A DNA stretch of 64,000 nucleotides from Pseudogymnoascus verrucosus (lineage: Eukaryota). The translations under genes were made by a program, and so were the position numbers. Below are positions 47,326 to 58,132 of the stretch, piece by piece; position 1 is the first letter of the stretch; each line of letters begins with the position of its first letter. The stretch is taken from NCBI GenBank assembly GCA_001662655.1, contig KV460261.1; one strand, written 5' to 3'. The notes below the pieces were generated by a model. That model worked only from the letters and a program-made list of their open reading frames with translations, was not told the origin of the DNA and did not search any database.

Positions 47326-48843
47326 TTATCCCGCCTTGCCATTGATGCTGACACTGGCAGTGACAGGTCTAAGCCTTCCCCTTGGCCCTTTGTCTAATGA
47401 GTACATTCCCCCCGCACTGAAAACAATCGTGGCTCCAATGAGCGTCCCGAATGACAGTCTATTGCCAAACAACCAAATGCTGAGCAGCAAACTGACTAGC
47501 TTCCGCACATTGAGGACGATGGTCACTGTCAATGCAGAGGATGCAGAAGCAAGAAGATTGACTCCACGGATGCAAGCGTACTGGGTCAACACGTTGACGA
47601 CCAGGTATGCAAGCTGACTTGGAATGTAAATCCCGGATACGCCAGCTTTGAAGCCTTGCGGCAACCCCCCGAGGGCAGCTGGATCGGACCAAGGCATGGT
47701 CAATGGCTCGGAGGCGGCCAATCGTAGAAACTGCCTCATCATCGATGGGAAGAACGGAATGAATAGTGGTAGTGAGATGAAGTGTGAGTAAAAGAGGTTT
47801 TCTTTCCACTGAGGGCCATACTCTCGGTAGGTTTCTTCGGTGTAGAGTCCCATAATGGCCGATAGGACTTGTGCGATGAACAGAATAATGAGGCCGACGC
47901 TGAATGGTGGCAGCCCTTGCTTTGTGTCTGTTGTCTTCTCCTGTAAAGGTCAGTACTGTGATACGACGCATTGAAGAAACTGGCATACCTTGGATTGAAC
48001 ATCTGACCATGCGGCAATGATGACACCAACAGTGAGTAGTAGTACGGACACAATCTGTATGCGGGAAAAGCGCTTTCCAAACAGATATCCCACACCAATT
48101 GTGGTTATGCTCCCTCCGGAGCGTAATATGATATGTATGGGCACAGATATGTTGTAGCTGAATGCATGATTGTTCAGGACATTAATTGTGAAGAATAGGG
48201 CAATGTTTACAAGCCAGCGCTTGATCGGGACGCGGTTTGGCTTGAGGAAAAGGGGGGGACGTTTGATATCGAACTGCGAGGTGTAGCCGATCGATGCGAT
48301 GAAGATAAATTGGACAAAGGTGAGTAGGGTGCCTATAGATATCAGCGATGAGGGGGTTGTCTGATGCGCTTCCACATACCACTATCTGGATTCGGTCTGC
48401 CAAAGGTTAGCTTGATGGATCCGCATTTCATTCGGGGATACCACTTACTTGATAATTGCTTCCAACGCGAAAACCTGTGTTCTTTATGAGTTCTCCTGTC
48501 TCCAAATTCCAATCCGGCAGCACTTCGCACTCACATTTGAACAGCAACCGCCAAAGATCAGCCCGAGCATAACCCCAACAGCCAGCCATTGCGGTATAGT
48601 CTCGATGAATATCCGTCCAATCAATGCCATGATTTTGGAAGACGTAGGCCTCTCATTGTCTATCCCATACATTTGCGCCTTTTCGAGCGAAGGCGCGGCG
48701 TTGATTTCCTTTGGACGGGGTTCGATCCCGTCCACTGTCGACGATTGGAGGTCTCGTAAAGTCGCACGTCGTCGAGGCGTGACCTGGCCGGTCATAGAGC
48801 TGGAAGGCGCGCTGCCACTGTCAGTTCTGGGTCTCCTGGCCAT
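47326..48843 (-). CDS. YEA4: UDP-GlcNAc (UAA/SLC35B4-family) nucleotide-sugar transporter. Exons 48535-48843, 48449-48474, 48380-48396, 47989-48332, 47326-47940
   Basis: LIFGGCCSN|VFALEAII, GTLLTFVQF, NNHAFSYNISVPIHIILRSGG, WKENLFYSH, TQYACIRGVNLL, LNVRKLVSLLLSI. Confidence 0.93.
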
Positions 48844-50006
48844 CGTGTCGCAAGCACCAAAAGAGATTTGAACGCGGTGGAGTGGCGCCTCGGCTCCGCC
48901 AAGCAAGATCAGAGCGGGCCTGGTGAAGGTCTAGACGCTAGATGATATAGCATGCAAGAGATACAGAGGGGCAGAGAGACAGAGAGAGAGATGGAAGATA
49001 GACGCACGCTGCGGTGCTATTCAGGACAGGAGGGGTTCTGTCTCACCTTGAGTTGGCAAGTGCCGGATGCCACGACTTTTAAGAGCTGGCAACAACGGAG
49101 GAGGGCAAAGTGGAGTCACGAGACTGGAGCGACGATCTCATGGCTGTTTTTTACCAGTCCTTGTTAATTATAGTTGCAGCAGGAAAGTACCGGATCTGCC
49201 GGAATAAATAACGAGAGTGTATTTGCCCAAACGTGTACAAATGTGTCCAAAAGGGTTGTACGAAGTGGGTTTTGGGTGGTCAGCCCTGTCAGGTATAAAG
49301 GTATAAAGGCCAGGTACTGGATAATTGTCGAACCAGGCACCTACGTAGTGGGCGTAGTAGAGTTACGGTAGAGTTAGGGTAGGCAGATAGGTACGGGTAC
49401 GGGAACGAACAGGGAGGGGAGGGGAGGGAAGTTAAACGATGAGCTGTCATAAACTTTTTTTGGACGTGCGTAGATTGGCTGTAGATTGGCCCGAGTGCAC
49501 GTGAAAACCCCTCCTTTTGCCCCAATCTGAACTACGGCATTACAACAGAGGGAGGTAGCTAAAGCTAGGAGAGACAGGAGACACAGATAATCACAAATAT
49601 TAAATCACTGAAACATCTTGCTAAAAGACCATAGTACTTCTCTGCATTTCTCTGGAGTGACTAATGAATTTGCGTAAAAGATCTGAGCAGTGAGCTTCGA
49701 TGTCATAACGACGACCCTTCTGCCCCCCGCCCCCAGGATAGCATAGTGCCGTGCCGCTGGAAAATGAAACTGCACTGGATTGCCCACATAACTTTCATTA
49801 TCAATGGATCATTCACCTAGTAATCGCCCACCTATGTCATGAGAGGCTGGTCTATAGTTCTCTCATATGCTCATCTCTCATCAATGTATGCGTCAGCCGG
49901 CTCTTAATCTGACCTTAAAGATATGAAGATTGGGAATCGTCTCATCACGTCGCAATCTGACGTCAACGCAACCTGGCCACAAAAGCCTCCTTCATTCTCC
50001 TGCTGT

Positions 50007-51832
50007 CTACAATGCCGAGAAGACAAAAAGCTATCGAGGCTTGTTAGCAGCTATACGGGCTGAGGAGAGCTTGTGGGAAACTTACATTATTCGTTGCAGC
50101 GATAGCAATGCTATCCTCAAATGGATGCCAACTCATGTGGAGGATCTTCTTGTTGAAATCAATTTGGTCCGCGTCAGTCTCCTTTCTCATCCTCTGGCCT
50201 GCCCCGGTTGCTCCAGCCGCTGGGCTGCCAGCTCTTGAGCCACCCTTCTTTCCATTTGCGCCAGGGCTTGTTGACATGTTGATTGGCGTCGGTACTCCAA
50301 CCTTCTTTGCCTTGAAAGCCGACTTATCGGCCTGTAGAACCACCTCCACCTCCTTGTCTGGGTCTGAGGGGTAAATCATGAAGTTATTGTTGTAACTACC
50401 AGTCATCACGTTCTTAGCATCGCCAGAGAAAACAACCTCAAACTTGTCGAAGATGCTGTCGTTCTCGTATGTATCACAGAGCCTGGGTCGGAGATGTTCG
50501 TGGATGGGGATGGTCTTGATCGGCTGGCGCTCCATATTGACATCCCAAATCTTCACAGTCAGGTAGTCGCGAGACAGGATGTATCTTCCATCGTGTGAGA
50601 ATCGGACATCCGAGATGGAGGAGATGATCTCGGAGAAGAAAGAGCGTGCAGAGGGATCTTCCTCCTGTTCGAATTCTAAAATAATGTTAGACGAAAATCA
50701 AGGGTATGACGGGAGTTGACTTACGCTTGGCGTGCTGATCGCAGAGAGCACTTTCGCGCATGTCTGCCAGTTTGATTGTGCCTTTCGAGCTTGCATACAT
50801 GAACCAGTTACAGCTCTGTGGATGGAATTCTGCTGCGGTTATGACTTCTGTCAGCTCCTCCATGTTCGCCGGCTTGATATCAACGATGTTAAAGCTCTGG
50901 TCCTGAATGTTCAGGTTCCACAGGTTTACACGCAGGTCGTCACTGCTGATAAACGTCTCCCCATCGCTGTTCACTGAGATGCTGTTGATATGATATGCAT
51001 GTGCATTGGCATATGTTCGGCGTGGTACGGCCGCAACCACTGTATCGTGATGTGTGAGTCTAGGTAGCTTGAGATCGTTGACGCTGTTGAAGTGGACATT
51101 GTTGCGAGATCGAGGAGCGCCGCCTCCGCCAGCAGCTGTGCCAGGGGTCAAGTCGTGAGAAAGGTTGTTTTCCGCAACGACCTTCAATGACTTCTCAAAC
51201 ACCTTCCACAATTTGATGGTCTTGTCGTTTGTCGAAAGGAGGTAGTGAGATGCATTTTGGCGTTTGCACCACTTGATTTTGTTGATCTTTTCTTCGATCT
51301 CGAGGGACTTTAGGTAGTCAAATTCGGGTTCGTGCGATTGGAATTCGGTGTGAAACTTGTATTCGCATGTTTTTTTCTGTGGAAATCAGTGTGTGCTGCA
51401 TGAACACGATTGCTAGGTTGCATACTGTCTCGTTTCTCTCAAATAATACCACTCGGCCTCCCTTATCTCCAGTGGCAAGGTAGTTTCCTGTGTGATCGAA
51501 CTCGACTGTTGAGATGATATCGGCTGTGAACGAACATGTTAGCCCCAAGCCCGCATCTAATAAGTGGACAAAAGTTGCAGCTCCCATCCCCAGTTTGCGG
51601 CAACAGCGTATATATAGCCCCTTGGTGTTACTAACCTTCTGTGATATCCTCTACATCTCCCTTATCTCCGAAGCATCTGTGTGAATGTTAGCAGGGTCCT
51701 TTTGGCTCGTCGGCCAAACCAAGCGGTCAAGGTTGTGAGTGGCGTGTCTTTCTCGCCGTTGCTGTTTGATCTTCAAGGCAATACTGACTGTGTGAACTTC
51801 CAAGTTGGAGAGTTCGCTTCTCCTTCTACCAT
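50007..51832 (-). CDS. CDC55: Protein phosphatase 2A B55 regulatory subunit, multi-exon
   Basis: [89 protein letters not shown]...ATNN|LFVFSAL*. Confidence 0.97.
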
Positions 51833-52807
51833 GTTTCCAGCCCGCCCTGTTGAGGATCACCTTCCTCAAATTCGCGCGTGGCGTGGATAACTTGTGATGG
51901 GATGGTGGTTGTTCGAGGGGAAGCAAAATTCTAGATGGCGCACAGTCTTCTATGAAGCAGTCAGTAGCTGTGTGAATACGACATCGTGCACCAGGCGCGT
52001 ACAATGCAGCGGTGGCGTGCTGAGAGCAATAGAGTGAGCGGGAAGGGCAGGGAAGGCTTTGATCCAAACCCCGCAAGACACGAGGATCGGGGTCGTCGAA
52101 CGGTGAAAACTCACGGAATCTGTAGTATCTACACAAAGCAATGGACCTACTGGCGATAAGTAGTTAGGCGCGTCAAAGTCTGGTGAGTATAGTTGGGATT
52201 GTGGGGTTATGATGGTTTTGGCGAGTGACCAAGAGGTCTGGCGGCAATCAGCTCCGCGCCAATACGTAGGTACTCAACAGCTGTATTACAAAGGTCGACA
52301 AGAGGCAGCTGCATTGGGAACATAGCCAAACCAAGGAAAGTGTACATATAGCATTGCAAAATTATTACTACGATACCTATTATTACCAGATACTACATTT
52401 GAGGTTTTTATAAAGTGTTCGCTTTCGCAAATACTGTGATACCTTTTCTTCAGTTCCAAGGAAGCTACAAATTGTCCATATTTTGCTGCAAACCTGCTTG
52501 ACTGGGTTAAACTCTGTCTCGCAACTGCAGCATTTATTGGTATACCCTCTATCCTCGAGTCACAAAGCTGCGCTCGGGCAGGGGCCATATATATCATCAT
52601 GAAATACATCCATATCGCCCTCAATAGTCCCGTATTTCCCTGATCCTCGAGGCGCTTCGAGTATGTCGCTGATCGCGGGTCAATCACGTGATGTTGGTGG
52701 GGTCTCTAGTTTAGCCGACCCTTAAGCGCGGGGCCCTTGTCGGATCCTGGGACCCGCGACTATAACAACGACCAACTTCCCAGCGCGTGGTATCTCGGAC
52801 TGACGTT

Positions 52808-53842
52808 ATGAGCAATGGGAAGGGTAAGGGGCCCGCAAAAGCTGCGGGAGAGCCGGAAGACCAGGTGACTTCTAACGAAACAACTACAACTTCATCCGAT
52901 TCTGTCCTCGATAGGGTTGCGGCCTCCGCGATTGGCCTTACACGAAGTGCATTTGGTGCAACGAATAGCAATGAAGTCAAAGACTCCGCCGCAGCAGCAT
53001 TAGCCACTTCGGGGAAGGGACAAGGCCAACCGTCAAGTTCTGGTCATGGCTCTGTTTGGGCCGAGAGCTCTCAGACCTCCCGACAACAGCCCTCGCAAGG
53101 TGCCCAACAGCCAGGCCCACAGGTTTTCAGGAGTTCACACCAAGAACAGCACACTGCATCTGCTGAGGCGGAGTTTTCGTCCTTTCTCGACGGCATAGAT
53201 ACATTCGGACCATCTACTGAAGATGGGACAAGGCCAGTGTTGGACGACGAGGATACCGAGGCTTTCGGCAGCGCACCAACGGCGCAAGTCTCAGGTCACA
53301 ATTTAGAACCATACCAATTTCGCAGCGTCGAAGAGCAAGAAAGTCGGGATGGAGAGGCTGTGTTGGACATACTGTCCGAAAGGCGGCAGGAGGTAGACTA
53401 CTTTGCACCTCAGAACATCGAAGATGAGATAGAGGAATGGAGATTGACCGACAACCAGACCGCAAAAATCCAGGCCCTTGTCAAGGACCTATTTCCTTCC
53501 TCGGATATGCACACTGGTACAGACGTCTCTCACCCACTTAATCTACAGCCCGATACGTTCAGGTCTAGCGATATGAGCACCTGGCTGCCAGATGAGTATG
53601 CTCAAGAATCCTACTCTCAGTTTGGGCAAGTTCTGCCACAAGAGGAAGCAAGCCGTCTATGGGTTGAGCAGTGGGAGGGTGTTTTGACGCGCTACGCCGA
53701 CGAGGTTTGGGGTGGGTTATTGCCGTTGGTGAGAGATGCCAGAGAGGAGATTGAAGAGATCAAGAAGGCAGAAGATCCTGTCGATTATCGCCCAAAGGCT
53801 CTCAGGAGACTAGGCCAAGTACTTGCTCATTTTAGATCGTAG
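52808..53842 (+). CDS. Fungal hypothetical protein (344 aa), disordered N-half and helical C-terminal domain
   Basis: Long open frame from ATG 52808; structured C-terminus WVEQWEGVLTRYADEVWGGLLPLVRDAREE...ALRRLGQVLAH; divergent from CDC55. Confidence 0.8.
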   Translation: MSNGKGKGPAKAAGEPEDQVTSNETTTTSSDSVLDRVAASAIGLTRSAFGATNSNEVKDSAAAALATSGKGQGQPSSSGHGSVWAESSQTSRQQPSQGAQQPGPQVFRSSHQEQHTASAEAEFSSFLDGIDTFGPSTEDGTRPVLDDEDTEAFGSAPTAQVSGHNLEPYQFRSVEEQESRDGEAVLDILSERRQEVDYFAPQNIEDEIEEWRLTDNQTAKIQALVKDLFPSSDMHTGTDVSHPLNLQPDTFRSSDMSTWLPDEYAQESYSQFGQVLPQEEASRLWVEQWEGVLTRYADEVWGGLLPLVRDAREEIEEIKKAEDPVDYRPKALRRLGQVLAHFRS

Positions 53843-54359
53843 TGTAAATATACCAATAAAATGTGATGAAGGTATGAGCCAGGTAGCATTCGTTGAAGTT
53901 TCTCCGTTTACAACTTGGTTGTTGATCTTCCAACGCTATCTTCCTTCAAATAGTACGTGTTGAAGCTCTAGTTTATAGAAATATCGAGTTTATCGTGATA
54001 CGTAATAAAAATAATTAGGAAATGTGTTTATTTTTCATTCTTACAATGTGTTACACAATTTTAATTTTTTAGGGAATATAAAAAAAAATTACAACTTGAA
54101 AACCCAAATAGTAGAATAACTATAGAAGTGTAAATATATTATCCTAAAGATTATTGTAATTTTCTACCATTAAATTTCAACCGCTGTGTAAAGTAAAGTT
54201 GGATTGCTTTCGTCACAAGGTGAGAACACACCGAAGTGTTCTGCCTAAAATCCAAGGCAACAATTATTCCCCACCACTATCGCGGGTATGGGTGACCATG
54301 CGATGCTGTCGCCGTGTTCCAGCTTGCAGCTCCCACAACAACCTTTTATAGCCACCAAG

Positions 54360-54930
54360 ATGCTGTTCTTCAGGCGAGTCTATCGAGTTCCACATGCGAT
54401 ATATACTGCAGCAACACTTGCAGGACATGCGCTAATAGTTACATAGTTTCTTCAAGACTCTTGTCGACCAAGAGGTAACGGTTGAGCTCAAGAACGACAT
54501 CCAGATCCGCGGAACGCTGAAGTCAGTCGATCAATACCTCAACATCAAGCTCGACGATATCAGTGTGGTGGAGGAAATCAAATACCCCCATCTTGTAAGC
54601 ATGGACCTCGCGCCCGACTATCCACCCGCAAGCTGGCAAAAGCGAAGCGCAGTCGATTGGGAAGCGCACAAAGCAGCGATGGGCTTGCAATTTGGCCCAG
54701 AGGACATAAGCTAACATGGTATGGTGGTAGTCGTCCGTCAAGAACGTATTCATCAGAGGAAGTGTGGTGAGATATGTCCACCTACCAGGTGCCGTCGTGG
54801 ATACCCAGCTACTAGAGGATGCAACAAGAAGAGGTATGTTGAACCTGGGCCCATGACTCTTGAGAGCGATTAATAACTAGCCCGTCACACAGAAGCAGCC
54901 CAACAAGCATCGAAAGCGAAAGCAGCATAA
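54360..54930 (+). CDS. LSM2: U6 snRNA-associated Sm-like protein Lsm2. Exons 54360-54373, 54447-54594, 54731-54833, 54893-54930
   Basis: Spliced MLFFSFFKTLVDQEVTVELKNDIQIRGTLKSVDQYLNIKL...YPHLSSVKNVFIRGSVVRYVHL...LLEDATRRE. Absent from the ORF track because the exons are short. Confidence 0.96.
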
Positions 54931-55498
54931 ATGAGGTTATGGGCGAGGATTTTGGCATAGGAATCCAAGGGCCATGTGGCAACAGCTGCAACTGCATAGC
55001 TTGTGGCAAGCTTGTATACTGGATCACAGGAGGACCCTCTGGGATATGATAGAACTGTGATAGTGAGGCAATGTGGCCATTAGAACAGGGTATGGAGTTA
55101 GGCGTCCCTGGCCGGGCTGCTTGAATTTCGCCTGGGATGCAAACGGATACCCAGAGTCTCACGGGACATGGCTTCCTTTGAAGCTCTGATATATGAATGA
55201 TCATGCAAACGCCATTGAACCAATTTTCATTTCTCAGTGATAAATGTAAATATCTGTATATAATAAAGTGGTCACGGGACCACGCGTAAAAACGATGTCG
55301 CGAAATCCCCTCATCGTCAGAGGTGGCAACCCGGACAACCCTGTCAACACTGGCCCATGGCGACTCCCGCTGCGCAATGCCATGTTCCGCAAACCACGAG
55401 AGGACGCAACAAGAGATAGTTCTCTGAAACCCTCCACAGGCAGGCCTCCAACGCCGCTGGATGGGCGAAGTACCGATCGGACTGGCTCAACGACAGCC

Positions 55499-58132
55499 AT
55501 GGCTGGCCCCTCATCCTCCACCAAACCCTTGACTCCTCGACCTAACACGAAGACCAATGTACGAAAGGTCAGCTCCCAAGGGGCGAAGAAAGCATTTAGT
55601 GCGAAGGCTCCAGGCAAGCCCAACGGAAGCATATTAAACTTCTTCAAAAAGGTTGAGGCGGAGGACGATGGAGGCCTATTTTTGTCTGGAGGCAGATATG
55701 AGGTTTCCCCGACAAAGAAGGCTTTAGCCGTACGGGCACCAACGCCAGATGACCTTGCTGGTGCTGCCTACGACGATTTATACAGTGCCACAGATAGCAC
55801 AGAGCGATATAACGAGTCGGGCCACTCAACAAAGAGGAGGAGAATAAGCGACGGGCATGCAGATACACAGGCAAGAAGTACGGGCGCAGGTGTTTCTCCT
55901 GGGGGTAAGCTGCTGCCTATAGAAAAAGCATCGTTACATACAGGCATAGCCGCGAGGGCGGAAATATCAGAGGCGTGCACCCCCCCGCCACCAGATGCAG
56001 ACAACCCTCAGCCGAGGCGGATAGGTGCATTCCTCGACGATAGCGACTCAGAAGATGACGAAGCTCCCGTGGGAATTGACGTACGAAGTCAAACAATCCA
56101 GAATGCAGCAGTGCAGGCCGAGGTTGCTCTCAGCACCGAAGGGCTGCTGGGTATGAGCAAAATGGCAAAGCCGGAAGAAGGTGACTGCAATGACCTTTTC
56201 GAAGATGTTCCAGACGGCCCCACCGATAATCCAGCAGATGAAGAACAAACACCCCCCCTCAAGCCAGAAGAGACGAGCTACAGCGATTATGGTGCGTTTG
56301 AAGATATGGACGAGTACCCCGATATCGAAGACGAGTTTGCTGATGGCGAAAAGTTCATGGAGAGGAAGTGGATGGAAGAGCAGGAAAAGTTCGAAAACGC
56401 CGACGCAAGCGAAATAAACGGCCCTTCCCTGAGTGATAGTTTTGGCATCCCTGACGAGTCTTCAATCTCGAAATGCCCGATTTGTGATTCGGGTCTTGGG
56501 GAAAGTACTGCAGATGAAATTACGAGACATGTCAATGCTTGTTTAGATGGAAATCCTGAACCACTAGCTCCGACTAAAGAGTCTACAGTATCGAGGATAA
56601 AGGTAGAACATGGAAGCAACCGATTTTCAAAGGCATCTATTGCAAGATCCGGACAGCCAAATCCATTCCAGCTGGACATTCCGGACCCGTCGACCTCGTC
56701 AGCCTTCTCCAAACTGATGTCTTCAAAGGCGGAAGATGCGGCCTGGGAAAATGCTGCTGCCGCCGAGACTTCAGCGAAAGGCAAGCCGGCATACAAACGC
56801 GTCTGTCCTTTTTACAAAATTATGCCTGGCTTCTATATTTGTGTCGATGCCTTTCGATATGGAGCTGTTCAAGGGTGCAATGCATACTTTCTCAGTCACT
56901 TTCACAGCGACCACTATATTGGCCTGACAGCCTCGTGGTGTCACGGACCGATCTACTGCAGCAAAGTTACAGGCAATCTAGTCAAGCAGCAGCTACGAGT
57001 CGATCCCAAATGGGTTGTTACCCTGGACTTTGAGGATAAAATCGAAGTGCCCAATACACGTGGGGTCAGCGTTACGATGATCCCCGCCAACCACTGTCCA
57101 GGGAGCTCATTATTCCTTTTTGAGAAAGTGGTAGGAAAAGGTCCTAACCCAAAGGTCCAGAGGATACTCCACTGCGGTGATTTTCGAGCATGTCCTGCCC
57201 ACGTGGAACATCCCCAACTGATGCCTGATATCGTCGACTCGATTACTGGTAAGACGAGGCAGCAAAAGATTGATGTTTGCTATCTCGACACTACATATCT
57301 CAACCCACGATATTCATTCCCGTCACAAGACGACGTTGTCCGGTCTTGCGCAGATATTTGCGTCAGTATGTCTAAGGATAAGGGGGATAATGCGTGGGAA
57401 ATAGCTGGGAAAGATCGTGCTGGAGCAAGCATGGCGAGGTTTGTGGACACTGGGGCCAAGTCCGAGGAGTCAGGGACCAAAGCGGATCCGAAGAAGCCCC
57501 GAGGTAGGCTTCTTATCCTCTGCGGAACATATAGTATTGGGAAAGAGAACATTTGTCTGGGTATTGCACGCGCGCTAAACTGCAAGATCTGGGCGCCGCC
57601 GCGTAAACAAAAGATCTGCGCCGCGCTGGAGGACCCTGAGCTGTCGTCGCGGATGACGACCAATCCCCATGAGGCACAGATACACATGCAGTCGCTGATG
57701 GAGATCCGAGCGGAGACCCTGCAGGACTACCTGAACGGATTGAAGCCGCACTTCTCACGGATCGTGGGTTTCCGGCCGAGTGGGTGGAACTACCGTCCGC
57801 CAAACTCGCGGCTCGTTGATAGTCCATCCGTAGCTGCCGTGCTCACGGGTGAGAACTGGCGCAGCAGGTACACGATGGCGGACCTGAGTCCACAACGTGG
57901 CAGCACGCATGAGGCGGCCTGCTTTGGCGTGCCGTACTCCGAGCATAGTAGCTTTCGGGAGCTAACGATGTTCTGCTGCGCGCTGCGGATAGAGAAGGTT
58001 GTGCCGACGGTGAACGTTGGGAGTGCCGCCAGCCGCGCTAAGATGAAGGTGTGGATTGATCGATGGCTGACCGAGAGGAGGAAGAAAGGGGTCATTCGGT
58101 TTGGAGAGGGCAAGGACATGGTGAAGTGGTGA
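55499..58132 (+). CDS. PSO2: DNA interstrand cross-link repair nuclease Pso2/Snm1 (metallo-beta-lactamase/beta-CASP); start codon uncertain
   Basis: PIP-like SILNFF; UBZ zinc finger CPICD...HVNACLD; YFLSHFHSDHYIGL; ANHCPGS; LHCGDFR; YLDTTY; GTYSIGKE; VPYSEHSSF; PTVN. Confidence 0.95.
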   Translation: MAGPSSSTKPLTPRPNTKTNVRKVSSQGAKKAFSAKAPGKPNGSILNFFKKVEAEDDGGLFLSGGRYEVSPTKKALAVRAPTPDDLAGAAYDDLYSATDSTERYNESGHSTKRRRISDGHADTQARSTGAGVSPGGKLLPIEKASLHTGIAARAEISEACTPPPPDADNPQPRRIGAFLDDSDSEDDEAPVGIDVRSQTIQNAAVQAEVALSTEGLLGMSKMAKPEEGDCNDLFEDVPDGPTDNPADEEQTPPLKPEETSYSDYGAFEDMDEYPDIEDEFADGEKFMERKWMEEQEKFENADASEINGPSLSDSFGIPDESSISKCPICDSGLGESTADEITRHVNACLDGNPEPLAPTKESTVSRIKVEHGSNRFSKASIARSGQPNPFQLDIPDPSTSSAFSKLMSSKAEDAAWENAAAAETSAKGKPAYKRVCPFYKIMPGFYICVDAFRYGAVQGCNAYFLSHFHSDHYIGLTASWCHGPIYCSKVTGNLVKQQLRVDPKWVVTLDFEDKIEVPNTRGVSVTMIPANHCPGSSLFLFEKVVGKGPNPKVQRILHCGDFRACPAHVEHPQLMPDIVDSITGKTRQQKIDVCYLDTTYLNPRYSFPSQDDVVRSCADICVSMSKDKGDNAWEIAGKDRAGASMARFVDTGAKSEESGTKADPKKPRGRLLILCGTYSIGKENICLGIARALNCKIWAPPRKQKICAALEDPELSSRMTTNPHEAQIHMQSLMEIRAETLQDYLNGLKPHFSRIVGFRPSGWNYRPPNSRLVDSPSVAAVLTGENWRSRYTMADLSPQRGSTHEAACFGVPYSEHSSFRELTMFCCALRIEKVVPTVNVGSAASRAKMKVWIDRWLTERRKKGVIRFGEGKDMVKW

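Noticed and set aside
54285..54312. TGGGTGACCA resembling the 5S rRNA internal box C
   Set aside because: No other 5S rRNA segments or terminal helix can be matched.
55268..55498. Upstream in-frame extension of PSO2
   Set aside because: It begins at a GTG just after a TATA-like element and is probably 5'UTR. GCC-ATG-G at 55499 has the best context, although the ATGs at 55295 and 55382 cannot be excluded.
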